DNA of 64,000 nucleotides, taken from IMG/VR virus record IMGVR_UViG_3300020578_000006, positions 1 to 64,000 of that record. One strand, 5' to 3'. A program made the position numbers and the translations under genes. Below, piece by piece: positions 52,472 through 62,313 of this stretch (its first letter is position 1; every line of letters starts with the position of its first letter). Below the pieces are notes generated by a model. It had not been told where the DNA came from, ran no database searches, and was given only the letters and a program-made list of their open reading frames with translations.

Positions 52472-53356
52472 ATGCCTAAAATATCTATAGTAATGCCAGT
52501 TCGCAATAACGAACAGTATTTAGATGAATCAATACAGAGTATTCTAAATCAGACAGAAAAGGACTATGAATTTTTAATATTTGCCGATAGATGTAATGAA
52601 GTAACACTATTTAAACTCTCTCAATACAAAGACAGTAGAGTTAAAATCATTTCTAACCCTAGCATAAAGGGCATTACAGACTCGTTAAACTTTCTTATAT
52701 CTAATGCATCGTCTAATATAATAGCCAGACAGGATGCAGATGACATTTCTTCTTTAGATAGACTAAAAATATTTTTTGACGAAAATCAAAAAACTCATCT
52801 TACTACTAGTAATTTTTTTATTAAAGTAGACAATCAATTAACTTTACAAAAAAAATCTAATCTTCACGTTGTAAATTTGTTTAATTTTTTATTTTTCTAT
52901 AATTTTGGAGCCCATGGGCAGTTATTCTTTAATAAACAGTTTTATAATTCACAATTTAAATATTGTCAAGATTATGAACTCTGTAGTAGTATTTTAAGAG
53001 AGAATTTTAAAGATTTTTATTTGATTGAAAAACCGATCTATACGTATAGAAAGCATAACAATTCTATTTTTAATAATCACCGGTCAAAACAAGTTTATTT
53101 CTCTCTTTTAACATCTCAAGAAAATATTAGGCATTTTTTAGGCCTTAATCCACCTCTCTGTAAAGTAAAAGATATGCGTAACTTTTTCTTAGAACATAAG
53201 AAGCCTGTACATACTAGCGAGACACTCTTTTTATCGATGACAAAGACTATACTTGAAAGATTTAAAAGTCTTTTTTGTTCTTCTGATATAGAGAAAAATG
53301 CAGTAGACGAAACATATTACAAAGCCTATAATTCTACTTTTATTAAATCACAATAA
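52472..53356 (+). CDS. glycosyltransferase family 2
   Basis: ISIVMPVRN.EQYL.ESIQSIL.Q, IARQDADDIS, QDYEL. Confidence 0.9.
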   Translation: MPKISIVMPVRNNEQYLDESIQSILNQTEKDYEFLIFADRCNEVTLFKLSQYKDSRVKIISNPSIKGITDSLNFLISNASSNIIARQDADDISSLDRLKIFFDENQKTHLTTSNFFIKVDNQLTLQKKSNLHVVNLFNFLFFYNFGAHGQLFFNKQFYNSQFKYCQDYELCSSILRENFKDFYLIEKPIYTYRKHNNSIFNNHRSKQVYFSLLTSQENIRHFLGLNPPLCKVKDMRNFFLEHKKPVHTSETLFLSMTKTILERFKSLFCSSDIEKNAVDETYYKAYNSTFIKSQ

Positions 53357-54015
53357 ATCTTTTGCAATTTTGAAAATATAAATTCTTTATCTCTTTCGGA
53401 AAAAACTACAGTCTTATGTTTTAAATTGATGCTAACTAACCATTTTCTAACCGTAGACTGAATATTTAGATCTGCAGGAAGATCGACCTCAAATACATTC
53501 TTCTGTCTGGTTTTTGTAATTATTTTATATTTTGCTATAGCAAGCAGTTTACCCTCTTCATTTAATATTGTTAACTCTTTATCAAATATAAGATTATAAT
53601 GGGAATAAAAATTATAATGATTGTTATTAAATTTATAATTTCTTATAATTTTATTTGCATATATGGAGGGAATATAATCTAGATTATTAGTTAGAAAACC
53701 TCTTTCGTAACTTCTTATTATCTTAAAGAACTTTCCACTATTTTCCAAGCAGTCTTTGTGTGACTTACCGCACGTTATATAAATTTTATTATTTTTATTA
53801 AATCTTATAGCAGCACACTTGATGTAAATTTTTTCATTATTCATTTTTTCATAATCTGGATCTGAAAAGTTTGGCATTAGAATAATGCCGTGCTTGGTTT
53901 TATAGGGTTCGTCCCATATTTTGGTCGAACGTAAAGGCTTAGGGTCTATACTATTGAGTAATTCATAGTAATCACCACTCTTTATTGCGTTTTGTCTTTT
54001 AATTAATAAATTCAT
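53326..54015 (-). CDS. hypothetical phage protein
   Basis: CAAI...GKSHKDC...GFLTN motif. Confidence 0.6.
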   Translation of the reverse strand: MNLLIKRQNAIKSGDYYELLNSIDPKPLRSTKIWDEPYKTKHGIILMPNFSDPDYEKMNNEKIYIKCAAIRFNKNNKIYITCGKSHKDCLENSGKFFKIIRSYERGFLTNNLDYIPSIYANKIIRNYKFNNNHYNFYSHYNLIFDKELTILNEEGKLLAIAKYKIITKTRQKNVFEVDLPADLNIQSTVRKWLVSINLKHKTVVFSERDKEFIFSKLQKIYCDLIKVEL

Positions 54016-54016
54016 T

Positions 54017-54772
54017 ATGAGACCGCTAGTATTGATATTTACCTGTAAAAAATATATTTATAGGTGTAAAGATATACAAGAAACTTGGGGCCATGACCTT
54101 AAAAAAAATAATATAGATTACTTTTTTGTTAGTGGTGACAATCTCGATATAGAGCCATATCTAAATATAGATTTTAAAGAAAGCTATGAACAACTTCCAC
54201 AAAAAACATATATTACTTTTAATAGAGTAAAAGATTTAAATTATACCCACTTTATTAAGACAGATGACGATACATTTTTTAACGTTATTTCGTTTTTAAA
54301 AGAGCTAAACAGCTTATCAAATTTTGACTACATAGGTAAGTTTAACAAGCAAACTTCAGCTTCTTCAAAAATTCATTATTTTAAATGTAATGATTCTTTT
54401 AAAATTCCCAAACGTATATCTAAATTTTCTTATGCAGAGGGGGGTTTTTATATTTTAAGCAAAAAAGCACTAAACTATATTTGTGCTCAAAAAGAAAGTA
54501 CATTCGTCAATAAACCTACATCCTATAAGGGGGAGGATGTTTTAGTGGGTAGCATACTAAAGAATAAAGTAAAATCATTAGACATTAAAAATAACAACTC
54601 AGAAAAATTTAATATGGATCTAACTTTGTTCTCTCTTCACCCTGTAGATACTAGCATATTCAAACAGCTATACAAAAAAACCTTTAATTCTCAATTAAAA
54701 ATCTTACAACAAAATCAACTTCTAAACGAATATAATATTAGAGATAAATTCTTGGCAAATCTTAAACCTTGA
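54017..54772 (+). CDS. galactosyltransferase/fringe-like glycosyltransferase (GT31-like)
   Basis: ESYEQLPQKT, FIKTDDDTF, YAEGGFYILS, EDVLVG. Confidence 0.85.
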   Translation: MRPLVLIFTCKKYIYRCKDIQETWGHDLKKNNIDYFFVSGDNLDIEPYLNIDFKESYEQLPQKTYITFNRVKDLNYTHFIKTDDDTFFNVISFLKELNSLSNFDYIGKFNKQTSASSKIHYFKCNDSFKIPKRISKFSYAEGGFYILSKKALNYICAQKESTFVNKPTSYKGEDVLVGSILKNKVKSLDIKNNNSEKFNMDLTLFSLHPVDTSIFKQLYKKTFNSQLKILQQNQLLNEYNIRDKFLANLKP

Positions 54773-56150
54773 AAAAATCTTCCGGTAGCTTCTTACAAAA
54801 GCCTACTTTTTCATAAATTTCTTTACCCGCCGTATCCACGTCCACAAAAGGAAATTGCCGCTCTAACATATATTGTCTTTGAGGCTCTTTAAAATTATTG
54901 TATTTTGATTTATCTAGCCAAAGCGTTTCCTGCCATAACTTTTTATCGAGATAGGGATATCTTACCTCTATACCATGGACTCCACAGCAATACTCACAAG
55001 AATAAGGATTATTATCATCATAATCTATAACACCATTAATATCCTTAAGCCTTTTAAATAGCTTATTAATACCCTTAAAGCCAATGGCATCTCCACCTAA
55101 GCCGGATAAACAAATCTTATATCCTTCTTTTTTTGCTTTTAAAAAAATAAGACCGGCCCCTATAAACCCATAAGTCTCTCTACATACATATCCTACAAAT
55201 TTATTTTTATAAAAATCAAAGTGAGTATAGGCATAGTCCTCGACATTTTTAAAAATTTCATCTCGAGTAATCTCATGCATACTATCTGTAGGGTCGATAA
55301 GCTCTTTATTGACAATATTAGGTATTAAAATCTGTTTTCCTTCTATGATAGGTGGATTTTTAGTACTCAATCCATGGCGCCATAATAAAACATTAGACGG
55401 CTTTTCTAATACATTGACGGAATAAGCTTTAAAAGGAAGGTTATACTTTAACAGGGCGCTGCAAATAGCTCCGCTATCATACCCCTCACTAACACCCATA
55501 AAAATTTTTTTAGAAGCAGCAACAGTTCTTTTCAATATACTTTCATCAAACGCCATTTTCCAATCATCTAAATTAACTTTGTGTTCATTATCTAAATCAA
55601 AAGCTGTTATTTTATTTAATTTTATATTATCATTGCTTATATCGTATGTGTAATAATAATTTCCATATACGTGAAAAATTTCTTTATACCCTAATACAGA
55701 CAGTGCGCTCTTATATGAAGCTATACCTATTGTATTATTATGAATACTAAAAAATATAGGCTTAGTACCGAAAGTGTCAGAGCCAAAAATTAATTTCTTT
55801 TTTTTCTTATCTAACAAAACGATAGTAAATTCACCATCAAGATATTTAAAAAATTCTGCTCCATACTCTTCATATGCTTTGATTATACTTTCTCCATCTG
55901 ATAGACTATCAGGGGTAATGTCTTTATAATTATATATTTCACCATTGAAAACCATTATGATGTCACCACATTTAGAAATAAGTGGTTGAGGGGTCAAGTC
56001 TCCGGTAATACTTAGTAAATTATGTATAAAGTGAAAGCCGCTTTCGTTTTTATAAGAAGTTAAATCTGGTCCTCTAAATTTTTGATAGAAATTGGCGGCA
56101 TTTAAAACTTCTTCGGATGTATCTTTATTTGTGACCAAAAAACTACACAT
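54762..56150 (-). CDS. asparagine synthetase (glutamine-hydrolysing)-like amidotransferase
   Basis: N-terminal Cys2, RGPD, FNGEIYN, degenerate PP-loop SEGYDS, SGLGGD, EVRYPYLD; TATAAATA 4 nt upstream. Confidence 0.88.
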   Translation of the reverse strand: MCSFLVTNKDTSEEVLNAANFYQKFRGPDLTSYKNESGFHFIHNLLSITGDLTPQPLISKCGDIIMVFNGEIYNYKDITPDSLSDGESIIKAYEEYGAEFFKYLDGEFTIVLLDKKKKKLIFGSDTFGTKPIFFSIHNNTIGIASYKSALSVLGYKEIFHVYGNYYYTYDISNDNIKLNKITAFDLDNEHKVNLDDWKMAFDESILKRTVAASKKIFMGVSEGYDSGAICSALLKYNLPFKAYSVNVLEKPSNVLLWRHGLSTKNPPIIEGKQILIPNIVNKELIDPTDSMHEITRDEIFKNVEDYAYTHFDFYKNKFVGYVCRETYGFIGAGLIFLKAKKEGYKICLSGLGGDAIGFKGINKLFKRLKDINGVIDYDDNNPYSCEYCCGVHGIEVRYPYLDKKLWQETLWLDKSKYNNFKEPQRQYMLERQFPFVDVDTAGKEIYEKVGFCKKLPEDFFKV

Positions 56151-56200
56151 AAAATATTTATACAGTAGTATAAAAAATAAAAACTACAGGTAAATAAAGC

Positions 56201-57355
56201 ATGCTTGATAAAAATTTATGTATTTTGCCATGGATTTCGCTTTATATAAGAGCGGACGGCAATATTTATCCCTGTGAAAGTGTAGCCTGGCAAGGAGACG
56301 ACTACTTACTTGGTAATCTAAACACAACAACACTAGAGGAAGCTTGGAACCACGATATGATGAAGAAGCTTCGGCTTAAAGTTATTACCAATTCTACATG
56401 CGAACTGTCTAATGAAGAGAAAAATTCTTGCATGTACCTTATAAATCATTCTCTTTATGAAGACGTATATAAAAATTACAAAAACGAAACAAAGTCAGAC
56501 GGAAGTTATAAAGTTGATATAAAAGCATTATTTTTAGAAAGATCCAATCTTTGTAATCTTCAATGTTTATATTGTTGTGATGTTAGTAGCTCTAGCTGGG
56601 AGCGAAAAAATAAAACCAATATAATGAAAATTAGTGATACTGTTTATGATTTAAAAGTGCTACCTATAACAAACAATCTTAGAGAATTATTTTTATCTGG
56701 CGGTGAACCGGTTATTAACAAATACAATAAAAAACTCTTACAACATTTAATTAACCATAATCCAAATATAGAATTAGGAATGGCAACGAATTTAACTTAT
56801 AATTTTGAACTATATGAAGAGTTTTTTAGTTTATTAGAAAAATTTAATAATACTAAAGTTTTTTGTAGTGTAGACAGCTCAGAAACTCGACACGATTTTA
56901 TTAGAATCAACTCAAATTGGAATACCGTAAAAACCAATTTAAATAAACTTAAAAACTATAAAGTAAGAATATATTTTAATAGTGTTATATCTTTATTAAG
57001 TGCTTTCTACTTAAAAGAATTTCACGAAACTTTAATTAATATGAAGATAATAGGCATTGACGGTATTCGATATATTAATTTGACTGGTCCAGAAGAACTT
57101 TGTATACAGTCGCTTTCGTTTAATAAGAAAAAAGAACTTAAAGAGTATCTTATTAGCTACATTAATTTTTTAAAAGAAAATGAAAATTTATCTAATAATA
57201 TAGATTTATATCCAAACAATAACAAGCCTTCTCAGGCTGCAGACAATATAATAAAATTTTTATTTAAAAAACTAGGTAATAATAATTATATAGACAATTT
57301 GTCTAAATTTGTATCTATAGATACTATTAAAAAACACTTTGACAGATTACTCTAA
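56201..57355 (+). CDS. radical SAM protein with N-terminal SPASM/twitch-like domain
   Basis: CILPW...GNIYPC; CNLQCLYC; GGEP; late promoter. Confidence 0.9.
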   Translation: MLDKNLCILPWISLYIRADGNIYPCESVAWQGDDYLLGNLNTTTLEEAWNHDMMKKLRLKVITNSTCELSNEEKNSCMYLINHSLYEDVYKNYKNETKSDGSYKVDIKALFLERSNLCNLQCLYCCDVSSSSWERKNKTNIMKISDTVYDLKVLPITNNLRELFLSGGEPVINKYNKKLLQHLINHNPNIELGMATNLTYNFELYEEFFSLLEKFNNTKVFCSVDSSETRHDFIRINSNWNTVKTNLNKLKNYKVRIYFNSVISLLSAFYLKEFHETLINMKIIGIDGIRYINLTGPEELCIQSLSFNKKKELKEYLISYINFLKENENLSNNIDLYPNNNKPSQAADNIIKFLFKKLGNNNYIDNLSKFVSIDTIKKHFDRLL

Positions 57356-57592
57356 AATATCGCCATAATTTTTGGAATAAGAAAAAATACTTCCAAAAAA
57401 CTTTTTTTGATTAAAATTATAATAGGCTATAAATTCTTTATCTTCAGTGGTGTAATTAATTGCAAAGATATTTTTACCTAGAACACTTTTGTAGAAATTG
57501 CCGCTAATTTTTTGTTTTGTGCTTATTTGTTCGGCTAAAAAAGTACCATTATCATTTAAATTTATTATCTCATCTCTTGTCTTAAATACCAT
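57347..57592 (-). CDS. hypothetical protein
   Basis: 81 aa ORF. Confidence 0.5.
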   Translation of the reverse strand: MVFKTRDEIINLNDNGTFLAEQISTKQKISGNFYKSVLGKNIFAINYTTEDKEFIAYYNFNQKKFFGSIFSYSKNYGDILE

Positions 57593-57648
57593 AAACGTAT
57601 TTAGATGTATATCATTGATTACAACTAGGTTTATATTATAATTAATTT

Positions 57649-58317
57649 ATGGTCAAAACTATGGTTATAGTTCCTCATGGAGATGATGAAATATTAGGCT
57701 TTTATGGGGCTATAAAAAGAAATTTAGAGCAGAACAATCATGTTAGTGTTGCGTTTATTATGGGGCCTAAGAACCTAACTAACGAAAGGAACACTCATCA
57801 ATTTCACACTATAGAAAAAGTTAAAGATAAGTTAGGTTATAACGAGGTGTTTTATCTAGATATTTTTAACGAACACAATATTCATTCAAATAAGCTCGAG
57901 CTCATCACAAGAATAGAAGAACTTGTATCTAATAATCATATAGATATCGTTTACACCACCCACTGGGGTGACAACCATCAAACACATAAATTATGCTATG
58001 AAGCGGTTGTTGCAGCCATAAGACCTATAGGGCCATGTAAAGCATCGAGACTAATTACAGGGGAGATTATATCCTCTACAGATCAAGCCCCGCAAACAGA
58101 AGCACATAGCTTTATCCCTAATATATTTTTGGAATTGTCCGAACAAGAAATAGAGGAAAAGATTAATCTTTTGAAAATGTATGAATATGAATATATGCAA
58201 ACCCCTCACCCTAGATCTGAGTGGGGGCTAAAAGCGGTAGCTAGCTTTAGAGGTATACAAGCAGGTGTTAAATACGCTGAAGGATATTTTTGTGCAAGAG
58301 AAATCATTAAAAAATAA
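57649..58317 (+). CDS. PIG-L/LmbE family N-acetyl-sugar deacetylase
   Basis: PHGDDEILG, DNHQTH, KINLLKMY..E...PHPRS...LA.FRG...G..YAE.F. Confidence 0.9.
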   Translation: MVKTMVIVPHGDDEILGFYGAIKRNLEQNNHVSVAFIMGPKNLTNERNTHQFHTIEKVKDKLGYNEVFYLDIFNEHNIHSNKLELITRIEELVSNNHIDIVYTTHWGDNHQTHKLCYEAVVAAIRPIGPCKASRLITGEIISSTDQAPQTEAHSFIPNIFLELSEQEIEEKINLLKMYEYEYMQTPHPRSEWGLKAVASFRGIQAGVKYAEGYFCAREIIKK

Positions 58318-59527
58318 CATAGAACAAATTGTAAATCAAAAGCATTTTTGTATTTTACCGTGGGTACATTTATATCATTTTACTGATAAAAAAGTATATC
58401 CATGCCCTGTTATGGGTGCATGGGGAGTCAACTCATTAGGCAACACTTCTGATGATATAGAAAAATTATGGAATAGTGAGCATCTTAAAGAGATAAGACG
58501 CAAGATGCTTAACAACGAAGCAATACCTTTTTGTAATAGAAACTGTAATGATTCTATAAACTCGTGCAAAAGACATTTTGGATTAGAGCTCATAGACAAG
58601 GCATCCTCAGCCATTCTAAATACCAAGCCTGATGGAAGTGTCGACCCTATAAACTTTATTGCGTGGAATATTATAGAATCAAACAAATGCAATTTTAAAT
58701 GTAGTTATTGCAATGTAAAATACTCTAATCGATTTGGTGAAAAATTAGAGACGTTCTCAGATACAGAGGCCATGAAGGATAAGATATTTCCATATCTTGA
58801 TAATATAGAAGAACTTTGGCTAGCATCTGGGGAGTCAGCCATACAAGACAGCTATTATGATATTCTAGAAGAACTTATTACAAGAAACCGTACAGATATA
58901 AGATTGTTTTTTATCACTAATATGAGTGTTGTAAATTATAAAGGTAGAAATATTTTTGAAATACTGAGCAAATTTAAAAATGCAGTAATATTTGGAAGTA
59001 TAGATGATAGGGAATCTAGACTTGAATACATAAGGTTTGGAAGTTCTTACAGTAAGATATTAGAAAATAGAATAGAGCTTTTAAAATATCCTAGTATTAA
59101 GTTTTACTTGCAACCTGTAATTAGTATATTTAATATTTTCTCTTTTCCAGATTTTCATAGAGATTGGTATAATCGAGGTCTTATAGGGGCTGACGAAGTA
59201 AGATATTATGTATTAGATTCTCCTTCATATCTTCAAGCCAACATTTTGCCTTTAAAATATAAAAACAAACTTTTAGAAAAATGGCGCGGCTATCAACAAT
59301 GGATAAAGGACAACTTAACTGATAAGGTAGATACATACCCTAACAGATGTAACCCCGTTAACTTTATTGACACACTTATAAACCATATAAGCGTACCAAA
59401 AGATAATTTAGAGCTACAGCATTTTTTTACTTTTATAGATGAAAATGATAAAAAGACCGGGCTTGCTTTTAATAATGTTTTTAATGAATATGGAGATATC
59501 AAATGCATTTCAAAGAAATATTTTTAA
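58265..59527 (+). CDS. radical SAM protein with N-terminal SPASM/twitch-like domain
   Basis: FCILPWVH...VYPC; CNFKCSYC; start uncertain. Confidence 0.88.
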   Translation: MLNTLKDIFVQEKSLKNNIEQIVNQKHFCILPWVHLYHFTDKKVYPCPVMGAWGVNSLGNTSDDIEKLWNSEHLKEIRRKMLNNEAIPFCNRNCNDSINSCKRHFGLELIDKASSAILNTKPDGSVDPINFIAWNIIESNKCNFKCSYCNVKYSNRFGEKLETFSDTEAMKDKIFPYLDNIEELWLASGESAIQDSYYDILEELITRNRTDIRLFFITNMSVVNYKGRNIFEILSKFKNAVIFGSIDDRESRLEYIRFGSSYSKILENRIELLKYPSIKFYLQPVISIFNIFSFPDFHRDWYNRGLIGADEVRYYVLDSPSYLQANILPLKYKNKLLEKWRGYQQWIKDNLTDKVDTYPNRCNPVNFIDTLINHISVPKDNLELQHFFTFIDENDKKTGLAFNNVFNEYGDIKCISKKYF

Positions 59528-60345
59528 ATTTTTATAATTCTTTACCCATACAAAAGTTTATTAAGAATATTAATAATATTGGTAGGGGGGTTAAAGATAT
59601 TAATCAAACAGGGTTTCCCTCTAAGCTTTCTACACTAATATCTTTTAACTTTAAAGAAAATAAATTACTAAATTTTAAGATCTATTGTGAAATATTTAGA
59701 AAATTTAAAAAGTACGAAATCTTAAAGTTCTTACCAACAGACAAAGACTTTAACTACTATTTTAGTTATTGGGACAACACCCTTTCATCTAGCCTTTGCT
59801 TTGGTATAAAAGTAGACAAAGACCATCTACCCACTCAATATTTTCATATTAAATTAAACCGTGTAATAAAAGAATTTACAGAGTGTAAAATTTATAAGGA
59901 AAGGCCAACTTTTAAGAGAACGGGCATTTCATTTGAGTATACTGGTTCTTCTGTTAAAAAGAAATACTATTTTTACTTTACGGAAAGTGATGACATAGAG
60001 TATTTTAAGCAAAAATATAATCTAACATTAGACGGGGGGTGTATTGATCATATAGAATTTACAGAATTTGATAACGGTGATCAAAAAATAATAGTAGTAT
60101 ATTCATATAAAAACGAGGCTGCTTACTCTAATATTCAAAAAACTTTTTTTCATCATACTTTAATTAAAGACTGTGTAGAATACTTTACCCAAGACCACGA
60201 CCTCTTACCTTGTTACTTCGGTGTCTATAAAAACAATACAATTGCACTGTATTGGAGCGTTACAGAAAAAGAATTAAAAAATGTAGTAAATATAGATCCG
60301 CTAGCCTTTAAAAATAAATTAGAAAAATTACTCGATAAAGTATGA
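59503..60345 (+). CDS. hypothetical protein in the rSAM-amidinotransferase operon
   Basis: 280 aa, aromatic beta-strand-rich, translationally coupled to both neighbours. Confidence 0.75.
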   Translation: MHFKEIFLNFYNSLPIQKFIKNINNIGRGVKDINQTGFPSKLSTLISFNFKENKLLNFKIYCEIFRKFKKYEILKFLPTDKDFNYYFSYWDNTLSSSLCFGIKVDKDHLPTQYFHIKLNRVIKEFTECKIYKERPTFKRTGISFEYTGSSVKKKYYFYFTESDDIEYFKQKYNLTLDGGCIDHIEFTEFDNGDQKIIVVYSYKNEAAYSNIQKTFFHHTLIKDCVEYFTQDHDLLPCYFGVYKNNTIALYWSVTEKELKNVVNIDPLAFKNKLEKLLDKV

Positions 60346-61436
60346 AATGTGTTAATAGCTATAATGAATGGGATCCTTTAGAGGAGATTATTGTTGGTAA
60401 TGGATTTCCAGCAGATCTTCCTTCAGATGATCTGGGGTTTAAATTCTTTTTTCATGATAATCTTTTAGGACCAGATGGCGCATTATATGCAGGAAGATGG
60501 TATTTAGAAAAGAGATATATTGAAGAATTAAGAGAGGATTTAGAGTCATTTGTCAATATTTTAAAACAAAGAAATATTACTGTAAGAAGGCCTAAGGAAC
60601 CTGCAGGACCTCATGAAGTGAAAACGCTTTGTTGGTCATCAAGCAACTATCCTGCTCTCAATGTTCGAGATCTTACACTAGTAGTAGGTAATGAAATAAT
60701 AGAAACATCTGTATTGGCACGGTGGCGTCAATTTGAAAACGATTATCTTAAGCATTTATTCTTAGACTACTTTAAGAGAGGGGCTAAATGGACGGCTGCC
60801 CCAAGGCCCTTAAGTACTGATAAGTCTATAGATTATTCTAGAGTAGAGCAAACACCAGAAATAAAAAAGTATTATGATACTCTTAAACAACAAGAACATA
60901 GTAATCTAGATTGTGGGGTAGAGATAATGTTTGATGCAGCAAATTGTATTAGAATGGGCAACACAATAATGTTTAACGCGCCAACTGAACATGAGAGATT
61001 GGGCGCAGAGTGGCTACAGAGACATCTAGGTAAAAAATATAAAGTATGGACCGTTAATATATTTGATAACCATATAGATTCTTTATTTCTTCCTATTCGC
61101 CCGGGGTTAGCAATCTTAACCCTCCCCATAAAGCACAAATTGCCTGAGCCACTAAGAAAATGGGATATTGTCTATGTTCCTTCTTTACTAGAGCCGCACA
61201 AAACCCCTGATTATATGCCTATTGCATCAGAGAAAATATTTTGTAACCTGCTCTCTCTTTCACCGAACGAAGTCATATGTCAGCCAGAATATTATGATAT
61301 TTTATCTAAAAGGCTAAAACCATTTAAAGTAGAGGTAACACCAAACAGATTAAGACATAGTCGATTATTTGGTGGAGGACATCATTGTCTCACACTGGAT
61401 ATAAGAAGAAAGGGCAAATTAGAAAATTATTTCTAA
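60342..61436 (+). CDS. L-arginine-dependent amidinotransferase (AGAT/StrB1 family)
   Basis: NSYNEWDPLEEIIVG, NVRDL, MFDAAN (Asp), NHIDS (His), GGGHHCLTLDIRR (Cys) catalytic triad. Confidence 0.92.
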   Translation: MKCVNSYNEWDPLEEIIVGNGFPADLPSDDLGFKFFFHDNLLGPDGALYAGRWYLEKRYIEELREDLESFVNILKQRNITVRRPKEPAGPHEVKTLCWSSSNYPALNVRDLTLVVGNEIIETSVLARWRQFENDYLKHLFLDYFKRGAKWTAAPRPLSTDKSIDYSRVEQTPEIKKYYDTLKQQEHSNLDCGVEIMFDAANCIRMGNTIMFNAPTEHERLGAEWLQRHLGKKYKVWTVNIFDNHIDSLFLPIRPGLAILTLPIKHKLPEPLRKWDIVYVPSLLEPHKTPDYMPIASEKIFCNLLSLSPNEVICQPEYYDILSKRLKPFKVEVTPNRLRHSRLFGGGHHCLTLDIRRKGKLENYF

Positions 61437-61443
61437 TTAATAT

Positions 61444-62313
61444 ATGCTCTACAAGTTGGCACAAAAACTATCCTTAAGGGGAATTATTATAAAAATTAGT
61501 TTTATTAATAATGGTATTGCTATCTTTAGAACTGTTTGTAATAGTAAGCATGCAGACTTATTTGGGTTGAAAGGTTCAGATTCTGAATTTACAGATATTA
61601 TTACAGAGCAGCCCGTAGAGTTCGATGAAAACTCTGTTACATGTCTAGAGTATCTTTATGTTCCTAAGCATATTTTTTTAGATGATTTTGAAAAAAATAC
61701 CGAATATACAAATTTATTTGGGGAAGATTTTCTTATAAAGAGTAAACATTATATCGAAACTACAACTAAAAAAATTCAAGAAGAGCGGGCCAGATTTATA
61801 ATGTACTCTTCCGAACAACTAGAACCTTGCAACCGATTTTCTAATGATTTGCTAGATGATTATTATTATATGAAGTTTTACCCTGAAAAGCGAGATAATA
61901 TTTCAAGAGAAATTGTTTATGATAAAATTAAAGAAGATATTATTAAAAAGTACTTTCTTATTAAGGATTCTGATAATAGAAAAATAAAAGGAGCTTTTAG
62001 AAGGCTTGGTATTACAAACGCTGCAGAGCAAATAAACGATCCAGATTATATTAATGCGTTTAAGAATATATGGTATAGCCTTATAGAAGAACAAAAAGAA
62101 GAGCAACTCTTACAGTTGGATACGGCCAAACAAAATATTCTAAAAGCCGAGGGTGTTGATAAAGAGGATTTTTTACAGCAATGTGATATACTTGAATTAA
62201 TGATCAAACAAATAGATAAAACTGTTCTATTAGGTTGTAATTCTATCAGTGAAATTATTAAAACCTGGCCCAGCTATCTTCAACCTGAACCATATTACAT
62301 AGACAATGAGTGA
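61444..62313 (+). CDS. hypothetical helical protein, paralog of 49315..50253
   Basis: Shared C-terminal WP..L.P region. Confidence 0.75.
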   Translation: MLYKLAQKLSLRGIIIKISFINNGIAIFRTVCNSKHADLFGLKGSDSEFTDIITEQPVEFDENSVTCLEYLYVPKHIFLDDFEKNTEYTNLFGEDFLIKSKHYIETTTKKIQEERARFIMYSSEQLEPCNRFSNDLLDDYYYMKFYPEKRDNISREIVYDKIKEDIIKKYFLIKDSDNRKIKGAFRRLGITNAAEQINDPDYINAFKNIWYSLIEEQKEEQLLQLDTAKQNILKAEGVDKEDFLQQCDILELMIKQIDKTVLLGCNSISEIIKTWPSYLQPEPYYIDNE

